Positions 7,237 to 13,817 of a stretch of 15,525 bases of DNA are shown piece by piece (the stretch's first letter is position 1; each line of letters begins with the position of its first letter). The stretch covers positions 1 through 15,525 of the forward strand of contig JBEQAY010000026.1 in assembly GCA_041640075.1 (NCBI GenBank), written 5' to 3'. A program made the position numbers and the translations under genes. Under the pieces are notes generated by a model. It saw only the letters and a program-made list of their open reading frames with translations. It made no database searches and was not told the origin of the DNA. The DNA comes from Candidatus Nanohaloarchaea archaeon. Lineage in GTDB: Archaea > Nanohalarchaeota > Nanosalinia > Nanosalinales > Nanosalinaceae.

Positions 7237-7655
7237 CAGAAGAGTACGCAGTTCCTGCAACCGGAGCCCTAATCCTAAACGAGGATGATGAGATTTTCCT
7301 GATGAAGTCTCCAAAATGGGAGAACCAGTGGCTGGTTCCTGGCGGAAAAGTCGAGAAAGGTGATTCAATGCAGGAAACAGTCAGAAAAGAGGTCAAGGAA
7401 GAGACAGGTCTGGAGGTAGAGGACGTGGAACTACTGAACGTGAAAGACGGCGGCAACCCGGACGATTTCAGCCGTAATACACATTTTATCTTCCTGAACT
7501 TTACCTGCAGGGCGGAGAACCAGGAAGTTGAACTGGATCAGCGTGAGGCTGTCGACCATACCTGGATCGACCCTGAAGAGGCTCTTAAGTCAGATCTAGA
7601 TATAAATGACAGCAGTGAAGAGTTTATAGAGAACTTCCTGGCCGAGAGAAAGTGA
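7233..7655 (+). CDS. Nudix hydrolase
   Basis: Nudix box GGKVEKGDSMQETVRKEVKEETGL; also WLVPGG and HFIFLNF. Confidence 0.93.
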   Translation: MTEEYAVPATGALILNEDDEIFLMKSPKWENQWLVPGGKVEKGDSMQETVRKEVKEETGLEVEDVELLNVKDGGNPDDFSRNTHFIFLNFTCRAENQEVELDQREAVDHTWIDPEEALKSDLDINDSSEEFIENFLAERK

Positions 7656-7658
7656 AGA

Positions 7659-8381
7659 TCAGTCTTCAAAAGTCACGGAAGTGTAGATAACAGAGTTTGG
7701 ATCAGGTAAATCTGTTTTACCCCATTCCTCTAATTTCTCGTTTACACCGTGTGCAAAGTTTACCCAGGGTTCAATATCCGATTTCTTGTAGGCTCCAAAA
7801 GGTATGAAAAAGTCTGAGAAAGTTTCAGTGTCCTCATACTCTACGTCGTCAAGCCATCCTTCTAGAGGTCCGTAGCCGTGGATTTCGGGTTTGCTGGAGA
7901 GATTGCTCTTCGGCATGTCATCATTGATGATATGCATAATCGGGTTGTGGATCCTGGTGCTGGATCTGCTGAAAGAGTCGAACGCCATACCTTTCTCGGC
8001 GACTCTGGCAGCTTCCTCAAGCACCTGCGGCTCATCAACGACGTCAAGATGAAGCATACGGGGCATAATCACGTATTCAAAGCTATCTTCCTGGAAAGGA
8101 AGTCTGTGGCCGTCGACCTGGTACTGCTGTTCCGCTCTACCGTTTTCACGGGCCTTGAGAAGAGCGTTCATCTCTACGTCAGCTGCATGCATCTCGTACC
8201 AGTCTGAAAGATACTCCGAAGTCATCGCATCGTTAGAGCCAAGTTCAAGGACTCTATCTCCTTCTTCAGCCCCGAGTTCTTCCAGTATGTCTCTGTAGTG
8301 CTGGTTCTCTTTTTCAAGTATTTTCTGGCCTCCGAGCGCGCCGTAGCGTTCCTCGGAGTAATCTCCATCGTAGTCGGCCAT
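7659..8381 (-). CDS. Class I SAM-dependent methyltransferase (Methyltransf_11-like)
   Basis: RVLELG motif I, AADVE acidic beta-2 residue, DGHRLPFQEDSFEYV, MLHL and LEEAARV. Confidence 0.85.
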   Translation of the reverse strand: MADYDGDYSEERYGALGGQKILEKENQHYRDILEELGAEEGDRVLELGSNDAMTSEYLSDWYEMHAADVEMNALLKARENGRAEQQYQVDGHRLPFQEDSFEYVIMPRMLHLDVVDEPQVLEEAARVAEKGMAFDSFSRSSTRIHNPIMHIINDDMPKSNLSSKPEIHGYGPLEGWLDDVEYEDTETFSDFFIPFGAYKKSDIEPWVNFAHGVNEKLEEWGKTDLPDPNSVIYTSVTFED

Positions 8382-8475
8382 AGGAAAACTTCAGCGATTA
8401 CAAGATTTTTATACTGTGACGACTCAGGAGCAAACACGGGTTACCCTTTTACAGTTTATTTCAGCTAAATCAAAC

Positions 8476-9843
8476 ATGGGGGAAATAGGGGAGAAGCCTC
8501 AGGACTGGAAGATCAGACAGTACTACGAACAGGACGAGATAGTAGAGAAATTCCTGGAGCTGGGGCAGTACAGGGAAGTAGTGCCTACTTATGAACACGG
8601 GTACGGCAGACGCCCCGACGCCATAAACTTTCCCGGAGACTTCGAACAGTTCGTGGAAGACGGTGCAGTAGCTTTCCATGCTTCCGTTGAACAGTGGAAA
8701 AACCCTTTACTCATAGATTCTGTATCAGACCTTGACGATCTAAGAGAAAACTGGGATCTCGTACTTGACATCGACTGTGACGAAAGCTTTGAGCTTGCAA
8801 AGGAGACAGCAAAACTTGTAATCGAAGAACTACACCAGCACGGGATCGAAAACGTCTCTGTAAAGTTCTCAGGCAACAGAGGGTTCCACATCGGGGTCAG
8901 AGCTGAGGCGTTCCCGGAAAAAGTTGATAACAAGGAAATTACCTTGCTCTACCCCAACCTGGCGCGTGGGATTGTGGATTACCTGCGAGACCAGCTTGAA
9001 GAGCAGATGACGGAGAAAGCCATCGAATATGGTTACTCAGAGGAAATTCAAACTGATGGAGGTCAGGACCCTTACCAGGTTTCAGACATAGAGAACGACT
9101 GGGGTCAACGCCACCTTTTCAGGATGCCCTACAGCCTTCACGACGGTAGCTGGCTCGTATCACTTCCTATAAACGAGGAAGAAATAGAGGATTTCGAGAA
9201 GAGAGACGCGAAGATGGAGAGTATTGACTTCGAAACTGATTTCCTGGATGAATACGAGGAGAATGAAGCTACAAACCTCGTTGTACAGGCCATGGACTTC
9301 CTTGAACAGCGTCGTGAGGAAAGAAAAGAAGAAAGAACCACTCAGGACGGTGAGTTCGAGACTCCTGACGAGGCGATAGCCGAGAAACATTTCCCTCCGA
9401 CCATAAAAAATATTTTGGAGGGCCTGGAGGACGGCAGGAAACGTGGACTGTTTATACTCATCAATTTCTATCTGACCGTTGGCTACGAGATGGATGAAAT
9501 CGAGTCGAAGATCTGGGAGTGGAATGAGCGGAACAAGGAGCCTTTACGCGAAGCTTACGTCAAAAGTCAGTTGAGATGGCATAGAAACCGTGAAGAGATT
9601 GTACCACCACCAAACTATGATTCAAACGGATACTACGAGGATATGCAGGTATACGAAGGCGACAACCTTGAGGAACAGGTGAAAAACCCTGTCAGCTACG
9701 CCTTCAGGATGGCAAAGAACAGGAATCCTGAGGAAGACAGTGAAGACGGGGATGGAGAGGATGATCTTGTTTGTCCGTACTGTGGGAAGGAGTACGAGAT
9801 CGAAAGCTACTACAAGAAACACGTGCAGGAGTGTTTCGAATGA
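8476..9843 (+). CDS. priS: Single-chain DNA primase (PriS catalytic domain fused to PriL C-terminal domain) with a C-terminal CCHC zinc finger
   Basis: AEP motifs WDLVLDID, KFSGNRGFHI and RHLFRMPYSLH, followed by PriL-CTD-like FPPTIKNIL..DGRKRGLFILINF...PPN...KNPVSY. Start revised from GTG 8416 to ATG 8476, which leaves room for the divergent promoter. Confidence 0.9.
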   Translation: MGEIGEKPQDWKIRQYYEQDEIVEKFLELGQYREVVPTYEHGYGRRPDAINFPGDFEQFVEDGAVAFHASVEQWKNPLLIDSVSDLDDLRENWDLVLDIDCDESFELAKETAKLVIEELHQHGIENVSVKFSGNRGFHIGVRAEAFPEKVDNKEITLLYPNLARGIVDYLRDQLEEQMTEKAIEYGYSEEIQTDGGQDPYQVSDIENDWGQRHLFRMPYSLHDGSWLVSLPINEEEIEDFEKRDAKMESIDFETDFLDEYEENEATNLVVQAMDFLEQRREERKEERTTQDGEFETPDEAIAEKHFPPTIKNILEGLEDGRKRGLFILINFYLTVGYEMDEIESKIWEWNERNKEPLREAYVKSQLRWHRNREEIVPPPNYDSNGYYEDMQVYEGDNLEEQVKNPVSYAFRMAKNRNPEEDSEDGDGEDDLVCPYCGKEYEIESYYKKHVQECFE

Positions 9844-9886
9844 GAAAATCGGAGTTAAAAATCTTTGACGCGGTGTCGTAAATAAG

Positions 9887-10609
9887 ATGAGTGAAGAAGG
9901 AAACATCCTAACTTTCAGTGAACTCAGGAAAACACAGAAGGAAGAAGACAGAGAGGAAGAACTCACTAATTTAGATGACAAGTTTCTACTAAGAGTTTCA
10001 AACTACTTTGACAAGAAGAAAAAAACTGAAGGAGAGAACTCAAGAGAGTACAGGAACGCCAGAAGAGTCCTGGACAAGATAATCTCACTCAGAGAGGAAA
10101 AAATAGTGAAGGAAGCACGTCTATCTGTCAAAACAGATGAAAGAGGTAAAGAAGTAAATTTACTTCCTGAAGAACAGGAACTTTTCCGCAAACTGAAATC
10201 GGACTTCGAAAAACACAGGTCAAGAGTAGACGAGAAAGTTGACTCAGAATCACTACCTAGTGGAGATAGAGAACCCTCAGAAGAGGTAACACAGGAAGTA
10301 GAAAAACCAGAAACGGATGAAAAACCTGTTGAAGAGGAAAAAAATACTGGAGAAGTAGATAAAGAGAACAGCCCCGAAGTAGAGGAATCTAGCACCGACG
10401 AAGATTCCGGGATTGAAGAAGATTCTGAAAGTGTAGATGAAGCTGAAGAAGGTTACAGCATCGTTAAAACCACTTCTAACGTGCCAGAGTTCATGGGGAC
10501 CGACCTTGAGGCTTACGGGCCGTTTGATGAAGGTGAAAAAGTTGAGATACCGGATGACAACGCAGAAATCCTTGTGAACCGGGGTAACGCAGAGAGGATT
10601 GAAAATTAA
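9887..10609 (+). CDS. GINS complex subunit (Gins51/Gins15 type: A domain, acidic linker, B domain)
   Basis: LTNLDDKF, LREEKIV and NLLPEEQELF in the A domain; VPEFMGTDLEAYGPF...NAEILVNRG in the B domain. It follows the primase as in the conserved archaeal cluster. Confidence 0.9.
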   Translation: MSEEGNILTFSELRKTQKEEDREEELTNLDDKFLLRVSNYFDKKKKTEGENSREYRNARRVLDKIISLREEKIVKEARLSVKTDERGKEVNLLPEEQELFRKLKSDFEKHRSRVDEKVDSESLPSGDREPSEEVTQEVEKPETDEKPVEEEKNTGEVDKENSPEVEESSTDEDSGIEEDSESVDEAEEGYSIVKTTSNVPEFMGTDLEAYGPFDEGEKVEIPDDNAEILVNRGNAERIEN

Positions 10610-11250
10610 TGGAAAGAAATAGAGTAGTATATGCAGTCGGCGGATCAGTGGTGCAGGAAAACCTGGAAAACCTGGAAATATTCGCTGAAGCCCTGCAATC
10701 AGATAAACAGGCGATCATAGTTACAGGTGCAGGAGGATTGAACCGTTACCAGTCAGCAGCAAGCGGAAACAACGGTGAAAAAGACTTGATAGGTATCAAG
10801 GCTACCAGGCTTCACGCACAGACAGTTCTGACAGAGATGGAAGATGTTTACCCTTCCGTTCCTGAGACTCCTGAGGAGTTGAAGGAGGCGGCATCAACCG
10901 GTAAAAACGTTGTTATGGGCGGCCTGGTACCTGGTTACTCGACAGATGCTGTTGCAGCGACAGCTGCCGAGTTGCTCGATGCCGAGCTCTACATTGCCAC
11001 AACAGTAGACGGCATCTATACAGGCGATCCTGAGAAAGATGAAGACGCGGAGAAGTTTGATGAGATAAGTACAGATGAGCTGAGAGATATCACTGATGGA
11101 AGAAACGAGCCCGGTACTTATTCAGTTATTGATGAGGCTGCTGTAAGGATTATAGAGCGTTCTGGTATCAGGACTACAGTTTTCGAGGCTATACTGGAGA
11201 ATCTTTCAAAACCTGAGAATGCAGAAAAAACGGAAATCATCCCTAAGTGA
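10609..11250 (+). CDS. pyrH: Uridylate (UMP) kinase, archaeal type
   Basis: VGGSV, DLIGIKATRL, MGGLVPGYSTDAVAA and ATTVDGIYTGDP (amino-acid kinase fold). Confidence 0.92.
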   Translation: MERNRVVYAVGGSVVQENLENLEIFAEALQSDKQAIIVTGAGGLNRYQSAASGNNGEKDLIGIKATRLHAQTVLTEMEDVYPSVPETPEELKEAASTGKNVVMGGLVPGYSTDAVAATAAELLDAELYIATTVDGIYTGDPEKDEDAEKFDEISTDELRDITDGRNEPGTYSVIDEAAVRIIERSGIRTTVFEAILENLSKPENAEKTEIIPK

Positions 11251-11277
11251 CCGGTCGATCAGTTGACTGGGATGGCC

Positions 11278-11306
11278 TTTTAAAGATTAACAAAGGAGTT
11301 TGACGT
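11278..11306 (+). promoter_or_regulatory. Putative promoter of rpl44e-rps27e
   Basis: TTTTAAAG starts 29 nt before ATG 11307, and TTGACGT lies directly before the ATG. Confidence 0.55.
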
Positions 11307-11609
11307 ATGGTTAAGATTCCAAAGGAACAGAACCGTTACTGCCCTAACTGTGATGAACATACTGAGCAGACAGTTAAGGAAGTAACTAACAGGTCTGGTA
11401 GTCCCTGGAGTAAGAAATCCAGAAAGAGGCAGAGAAAGATCGATAATGGTTACGGAAGCTTTCCGTTCGAAAACCCTGCTAACAGGGCGAGAGGAGGAAG
11501 TAATCCTACATCCAGTAAGAAAGATCTCCAGTTCACATGTACAGAATGTGGGAAGGCCTGGAAACCAAGAAACACTTTGAGAGCAGCAAAGTTCGAGATA
11601 GAAAGATAA
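11307..11609 (+). CDS. rpl44e: 50S ribosomal protein L44e (eL42)
   Basis: KIPKEQNRYCPNCDEHT, GYG and KKDLQFTCTECGK; conserved position before rps27e. Confidence 0.95.
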   Translation: MVKIPKEQNRYCPNCDEHTEQTVKEVTNRSGSPWSKKSRKRQRKIDNGYGSFPFENPANRARGGSNPTSSKKDLQFTCTECGKAWKPRNTLRAAKFEIER

Positions 11610-11623
11610 GAGGTGAACCAGTA

Positions 11624-11797
11624 ATGACAAGAAACTTCATCAAGGCAGAATGCGACGAATGCGGCAACCAGCAGATAATTTTCTCAAGACCTGCACAACA
11701 GGTTGACTGCCTGGTATGCAGCAGCCCACTTGCAAAGCCGACAGGCGGCAGAGCAGAGCTCAACGCAGAAGTAGTCGAAGAACTCGAAGTAGAGTAA
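11624..11797 (+). CDS. rps27e: 30S ribosomal protein S27e (start revised)
   Basis: MTRNFIKAECDECGNQQIIFS...CLVC...PTGGRA. SD GAGGTGA at 11610-11616 supports ATG 11624 over 11537. Confidence 0.95.
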   Translation: MTRNFIKAECDECGNQQIIFSRPAQQVDCLVCSSPLAKPTGGRAELNAEVVEELEVE

Positions 11798-11804
11798 ACA
11801 ACAA

Positions 11805-11841
11805 ATTTTTCTCCAGTACATTTTCCTTTCAGGGCTTTTTA
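11805..11841 (+). terminator. Probable oligo-T archaeal terminator after rps27e
   Basis: Several T4-T6 runs directly after the stop codon. Confidence 0.45.
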
Positions 11842-11861
11842 TTCTAGAAGCGTGTTCAGTC

Positions 11862-11890
11862 TTTTAAGAATCACTTCCTATTCTTGACGT
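11862..11890 (+). promoter_or_regulatory. Putative promoter of aIF2-alpha-nop10-PAC2
   Basis: TTTTAAGA starts 29 nt before ATG 11891, and TTGACGT lies directly before the ATG. Confidence 0.55.
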
Positions 11891-12646
11891 ATGAGATGGT
11901 ACAAAGAAGAGCCGGAGGAAGGAGATTTTGTTGTAGTGACTTTGACAGATGTTGACCAGAACTCGGCTTACGCAGAGCTTGAAGAATACGAGGACATAAC
12001 AGGGCTGATCCATATTTCAGAGGTCTCACGTTCCTGGGTTCAGGACATCAGGAAGGAACTTGACGAAGGCGAGAAAACTGTTGCACAGGTAATTGATACT
12101 GAAGGAGATACTCCTACGCTTTCATTGAAGCGTGTAAATGACAAGAAGAAGCGTGACACGATGCAGCGCTGGAAGAAGGAGCAGAAAGCTGAAAAATTTA
12201 TAGAAGATCTTGCAGACAAGCTAGGTAAGGATAACGAAGACATTTACGAGGAAATCGCGTTCCCTATGCAGAAGGAGTTCGGCACCAGTTTCCACGGCTT
12301 TGAGATAGCTGACGCTGAAGAAGAAAAGCTCCTGGAGATGTTTGATGAGGAAGTTGTTGAGATGATCCAGGAAGTTGCACGTGAAAATATTGACCTGAAG
12401 CAGGAGAAGCTGGAAGGTACCCTAGAGATGACTTTCCCACAGGGAGACGGTCTTGAACGTATCAAGGAATCACTGGAAGATATCGAGGAAGGTGTCGAGG
12501 TAAAGTACATTTCCGCGCCGGAGTACTCCATCACTGCCTGGGGGCGTACACAGGAGCTTGCGAAGAAGCGTATTGATTCTGCTGTAAGACAGGTGCGTGA
12601 AAAAGTCGACGATTTAGACGGCAACTTCGAGTTCTCAAGGGCTTAG
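11891..12646 (+). CDS. eif2a: Translation initiation factor 2 subunit alpha
   Basis: S1 domain (PEEGDFVV, LEEY, GLIHISEVS, LSLKRV) and C-terminal YISAPEY; conserved context. Confidence 0.95.
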   Translation: MRWYKEEPEEGDFVVVTLTDVDQNSAYAELEEYEDITGLIHISEVSRSWVQDIRKELDEGEKTVAQVIDTEGDTPTLSLKRVNDKKKRDTMQRWKKEQKAEKFIEDLADKLGKDNEDIYEEIAFPMQKEFGTSFHGFEIADAEEEKLLEMFDEEVVEMIQEVARENIDLKQEKLEGTLEMTFPQGDGLERIKESLEDIEEGVEVKYISAPEYSITAWGRTQELAKKRIDSAVRQVREKVDDLDGNFEFSRA

Positions 12647-12656
12647 GTGAAGTCCT

Positions 12657-12803
12657 GTGATTAAAAAGTGCCCAGAACACAACAATTACACACTGAAAGA
12701 TGAGTGTGACGGAACCGAGACCGTGCCAGCAAGACCACCTAAATTTTCTTACCCTGACAGGCACGGAGATTACCGTCGCAAGACCAAGAAAGAGGTAGAA
12801 TAA
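12657..12803 (+). CDS. nop10: H/ACA RNP protein Nop10
   Basis: Not in the ORF track. GTG start after AGGTGA; MIKKCPEHNNYTLKDECDGTETVPARPPKFSYPDRHGDYRRKTKKEVE (48 aa) carries the YTLK and PPKFS..D..G.YRR motifs; lies between aIF2-alpha and PAC2. Confidence 0.92.
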   Translation: MIKKCPEHNNYTLKDECDGTETVPARPPKFSYPDRHGDYRRKTKKEVE

Positions 12804-12806
12804 ACA

Positions 12807-13586
12807 ATGGAGACCACAAGAATCGAAATAGATAACGAATTCAACGTAGAAAACCCGATCTTTCTAGAAGGACTTGCAGGAATAGGTCACATCGGCCGGA
12901 ACGTCGTAAGCTACATAGCAGAACACACAGACTCCGAAAAAGTCGGAGCAATATACTCACACCATTTCCCACCTTTCACAATGGTGGAAGACGACAAAAC
13001 GGTAAAAACCATAAGAAACGAGATCTATCAGCTGAAAAGAGAAGAAAAAGACGACATCGTGCTCCTGGAAGGTAACGCACAGGCAAACACACCACAGGGC
13101 CACCATGAAGTCGCTGAAACACTGATCGACCTTGTAGACGATCTTGAAGCCTCTCAGATAATCACAGTCGGAGGATACGGAACAGGAGACGTAGTTGAAG
13201 ATCCTGACGTTTTCGGAGTCACAACTTCTACAGAACCACAGGAAGACTACAAGGAACTGGGCATCACTTTTGACCACGATGTTGGTCAGATAGTCGGAGT
13301 ATCAGGACTTCTGCTTGGTATGGGTGAGGAAAGAGGATACGAAGGAGTCTGCGTACTTGGAGAGACACCAGGTTTCCTCCTCAGCGATCCAAAATCCACT
13401 GAAGAAGTCTTGAAAGTTGTAGAACAGCTTGTAGATGTTGACCTAGATTACTCAGAGCTTGATGAAAAAGTGGAGGAGTCTCAGGACGTCCTGAAAAAAG
13501 TTCAGAACCTCAAAAAGAATTCAAGCCCACCTGAACAGGATCAGCAGGGACAGGGAAGCGGCAACGACCTAGGGTACATAGGATAA
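12807..13586 (+). CDS. PAC2-family proteasome assembly chaperone homolog
   Basis: EGLAGIGHIG, HFPP, IITVGGY, IVGVSGLLLG, LGETPG and DPKS motifs; C-terminal LGYIG; conserved position after nop10. Confidence 0.92.
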   Translation: METTRIEIDNEFNVENPIFLEGLAGIGHIGRNVVSYIAEHTDSEKVGAIYSHHFPPFTMVEDDKTVKTIRNEIYQLKREEKDDIVLLEGNAQANTPQGHHEVAETLIDLVDDLEASQIITVGGYGTGDVVEDPDVFGVTTSTEPQEDYKELGITFDHDVGQIVGVSGLLLGMGEERGYEGVCVLGETPGFLLSDPKSTEEVLKVVEQLVDVDLDYSELDEKVEESQDVLKKVQNLKKNSSPPEQDQQGQGSGNDLGYIG

Positions 13587-13611
13587 AAAGATTGCCATAG
13601 AGGATGATAAT

Positions 13612-13779
13612 ATGACCGAATACACCAGATACGAGAGAGCTCGAATCCTGGGAGCAAGAAGCCTTCAACTTGCACAGGGCGCACCATCATTTGTAGAAGC
13701 CAAGGAACACGAGAAACCTCTCGACATCAGCAAGAGGGAACTGGAGAAAGGTAAGCTTCCTATTACTGTAAAGCAGTAG
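13612..13779 (+). CDS. rpoK: DNA-directed RNA polymerase subunit K (Rpo6)
   Basis: Not in the ORF track. MTEYTRYERARILGARSLQLAQGAPSFVEAKEHEKPLDISKRELEKGKLPITVKQ (55 aa) has the classic TRYERARILGAR and LPIT motifs. Confidence 0.96.
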   Translation: MTEYTRYERARILGARSLQLAQGAPSFVEAKEHEKPLDISKRELEKGKLPITVKQ

Positions 13780-13787
13780 CCGGGAAG

Positions 13788-13795
13788 TTTAAACC
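13788..13795 (+). promoter_or_regulatory. Putative TATA box for enolase
   Basis: TTTAAACC starts 30 nt before ATG 13818. Confidence 0.45.
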
Positions 13796-13817
13796 CGGAA
13801 AACTACAATATTTTTTC

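Noticed and set aside
6853..7368. 171-aa antisense ORF and the many other short shadow ORFs in the track
   Set aside because: They lie opposite or inside well-supported genes and are S/F/L-rich, as expected for the reverse complement of acidic coding sequence.
8416..8475. N-terminal 20-aa extension of the primase from GTG 8416
   Set aside because: It occupies the AT-rich divergent promoter region and has atypical composition; ATG 8476 is more plausible.
10240..10450. GAA-rich low-complexity tract in GINS as a repeat or insertion element
   Set aside because: It encodes the acidic disordered linker between the GINS A and B domains, which is commonly long in halophiles; there is no discrete repeat unit.
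11537..11623. N-terminal extension of S27e overlapping rpl44e
   Set aside because: A strong SD precedes ATG 11624, which gives the canonical ~57-aa length.
631..12646. PP2C acting on aIF2-alpha as a eukaryote-like stress-response circuit
   Set aside because: The genes are about 10 kb apart in separate transcription units and no kinase is in the window; nothing in the sequence links them.
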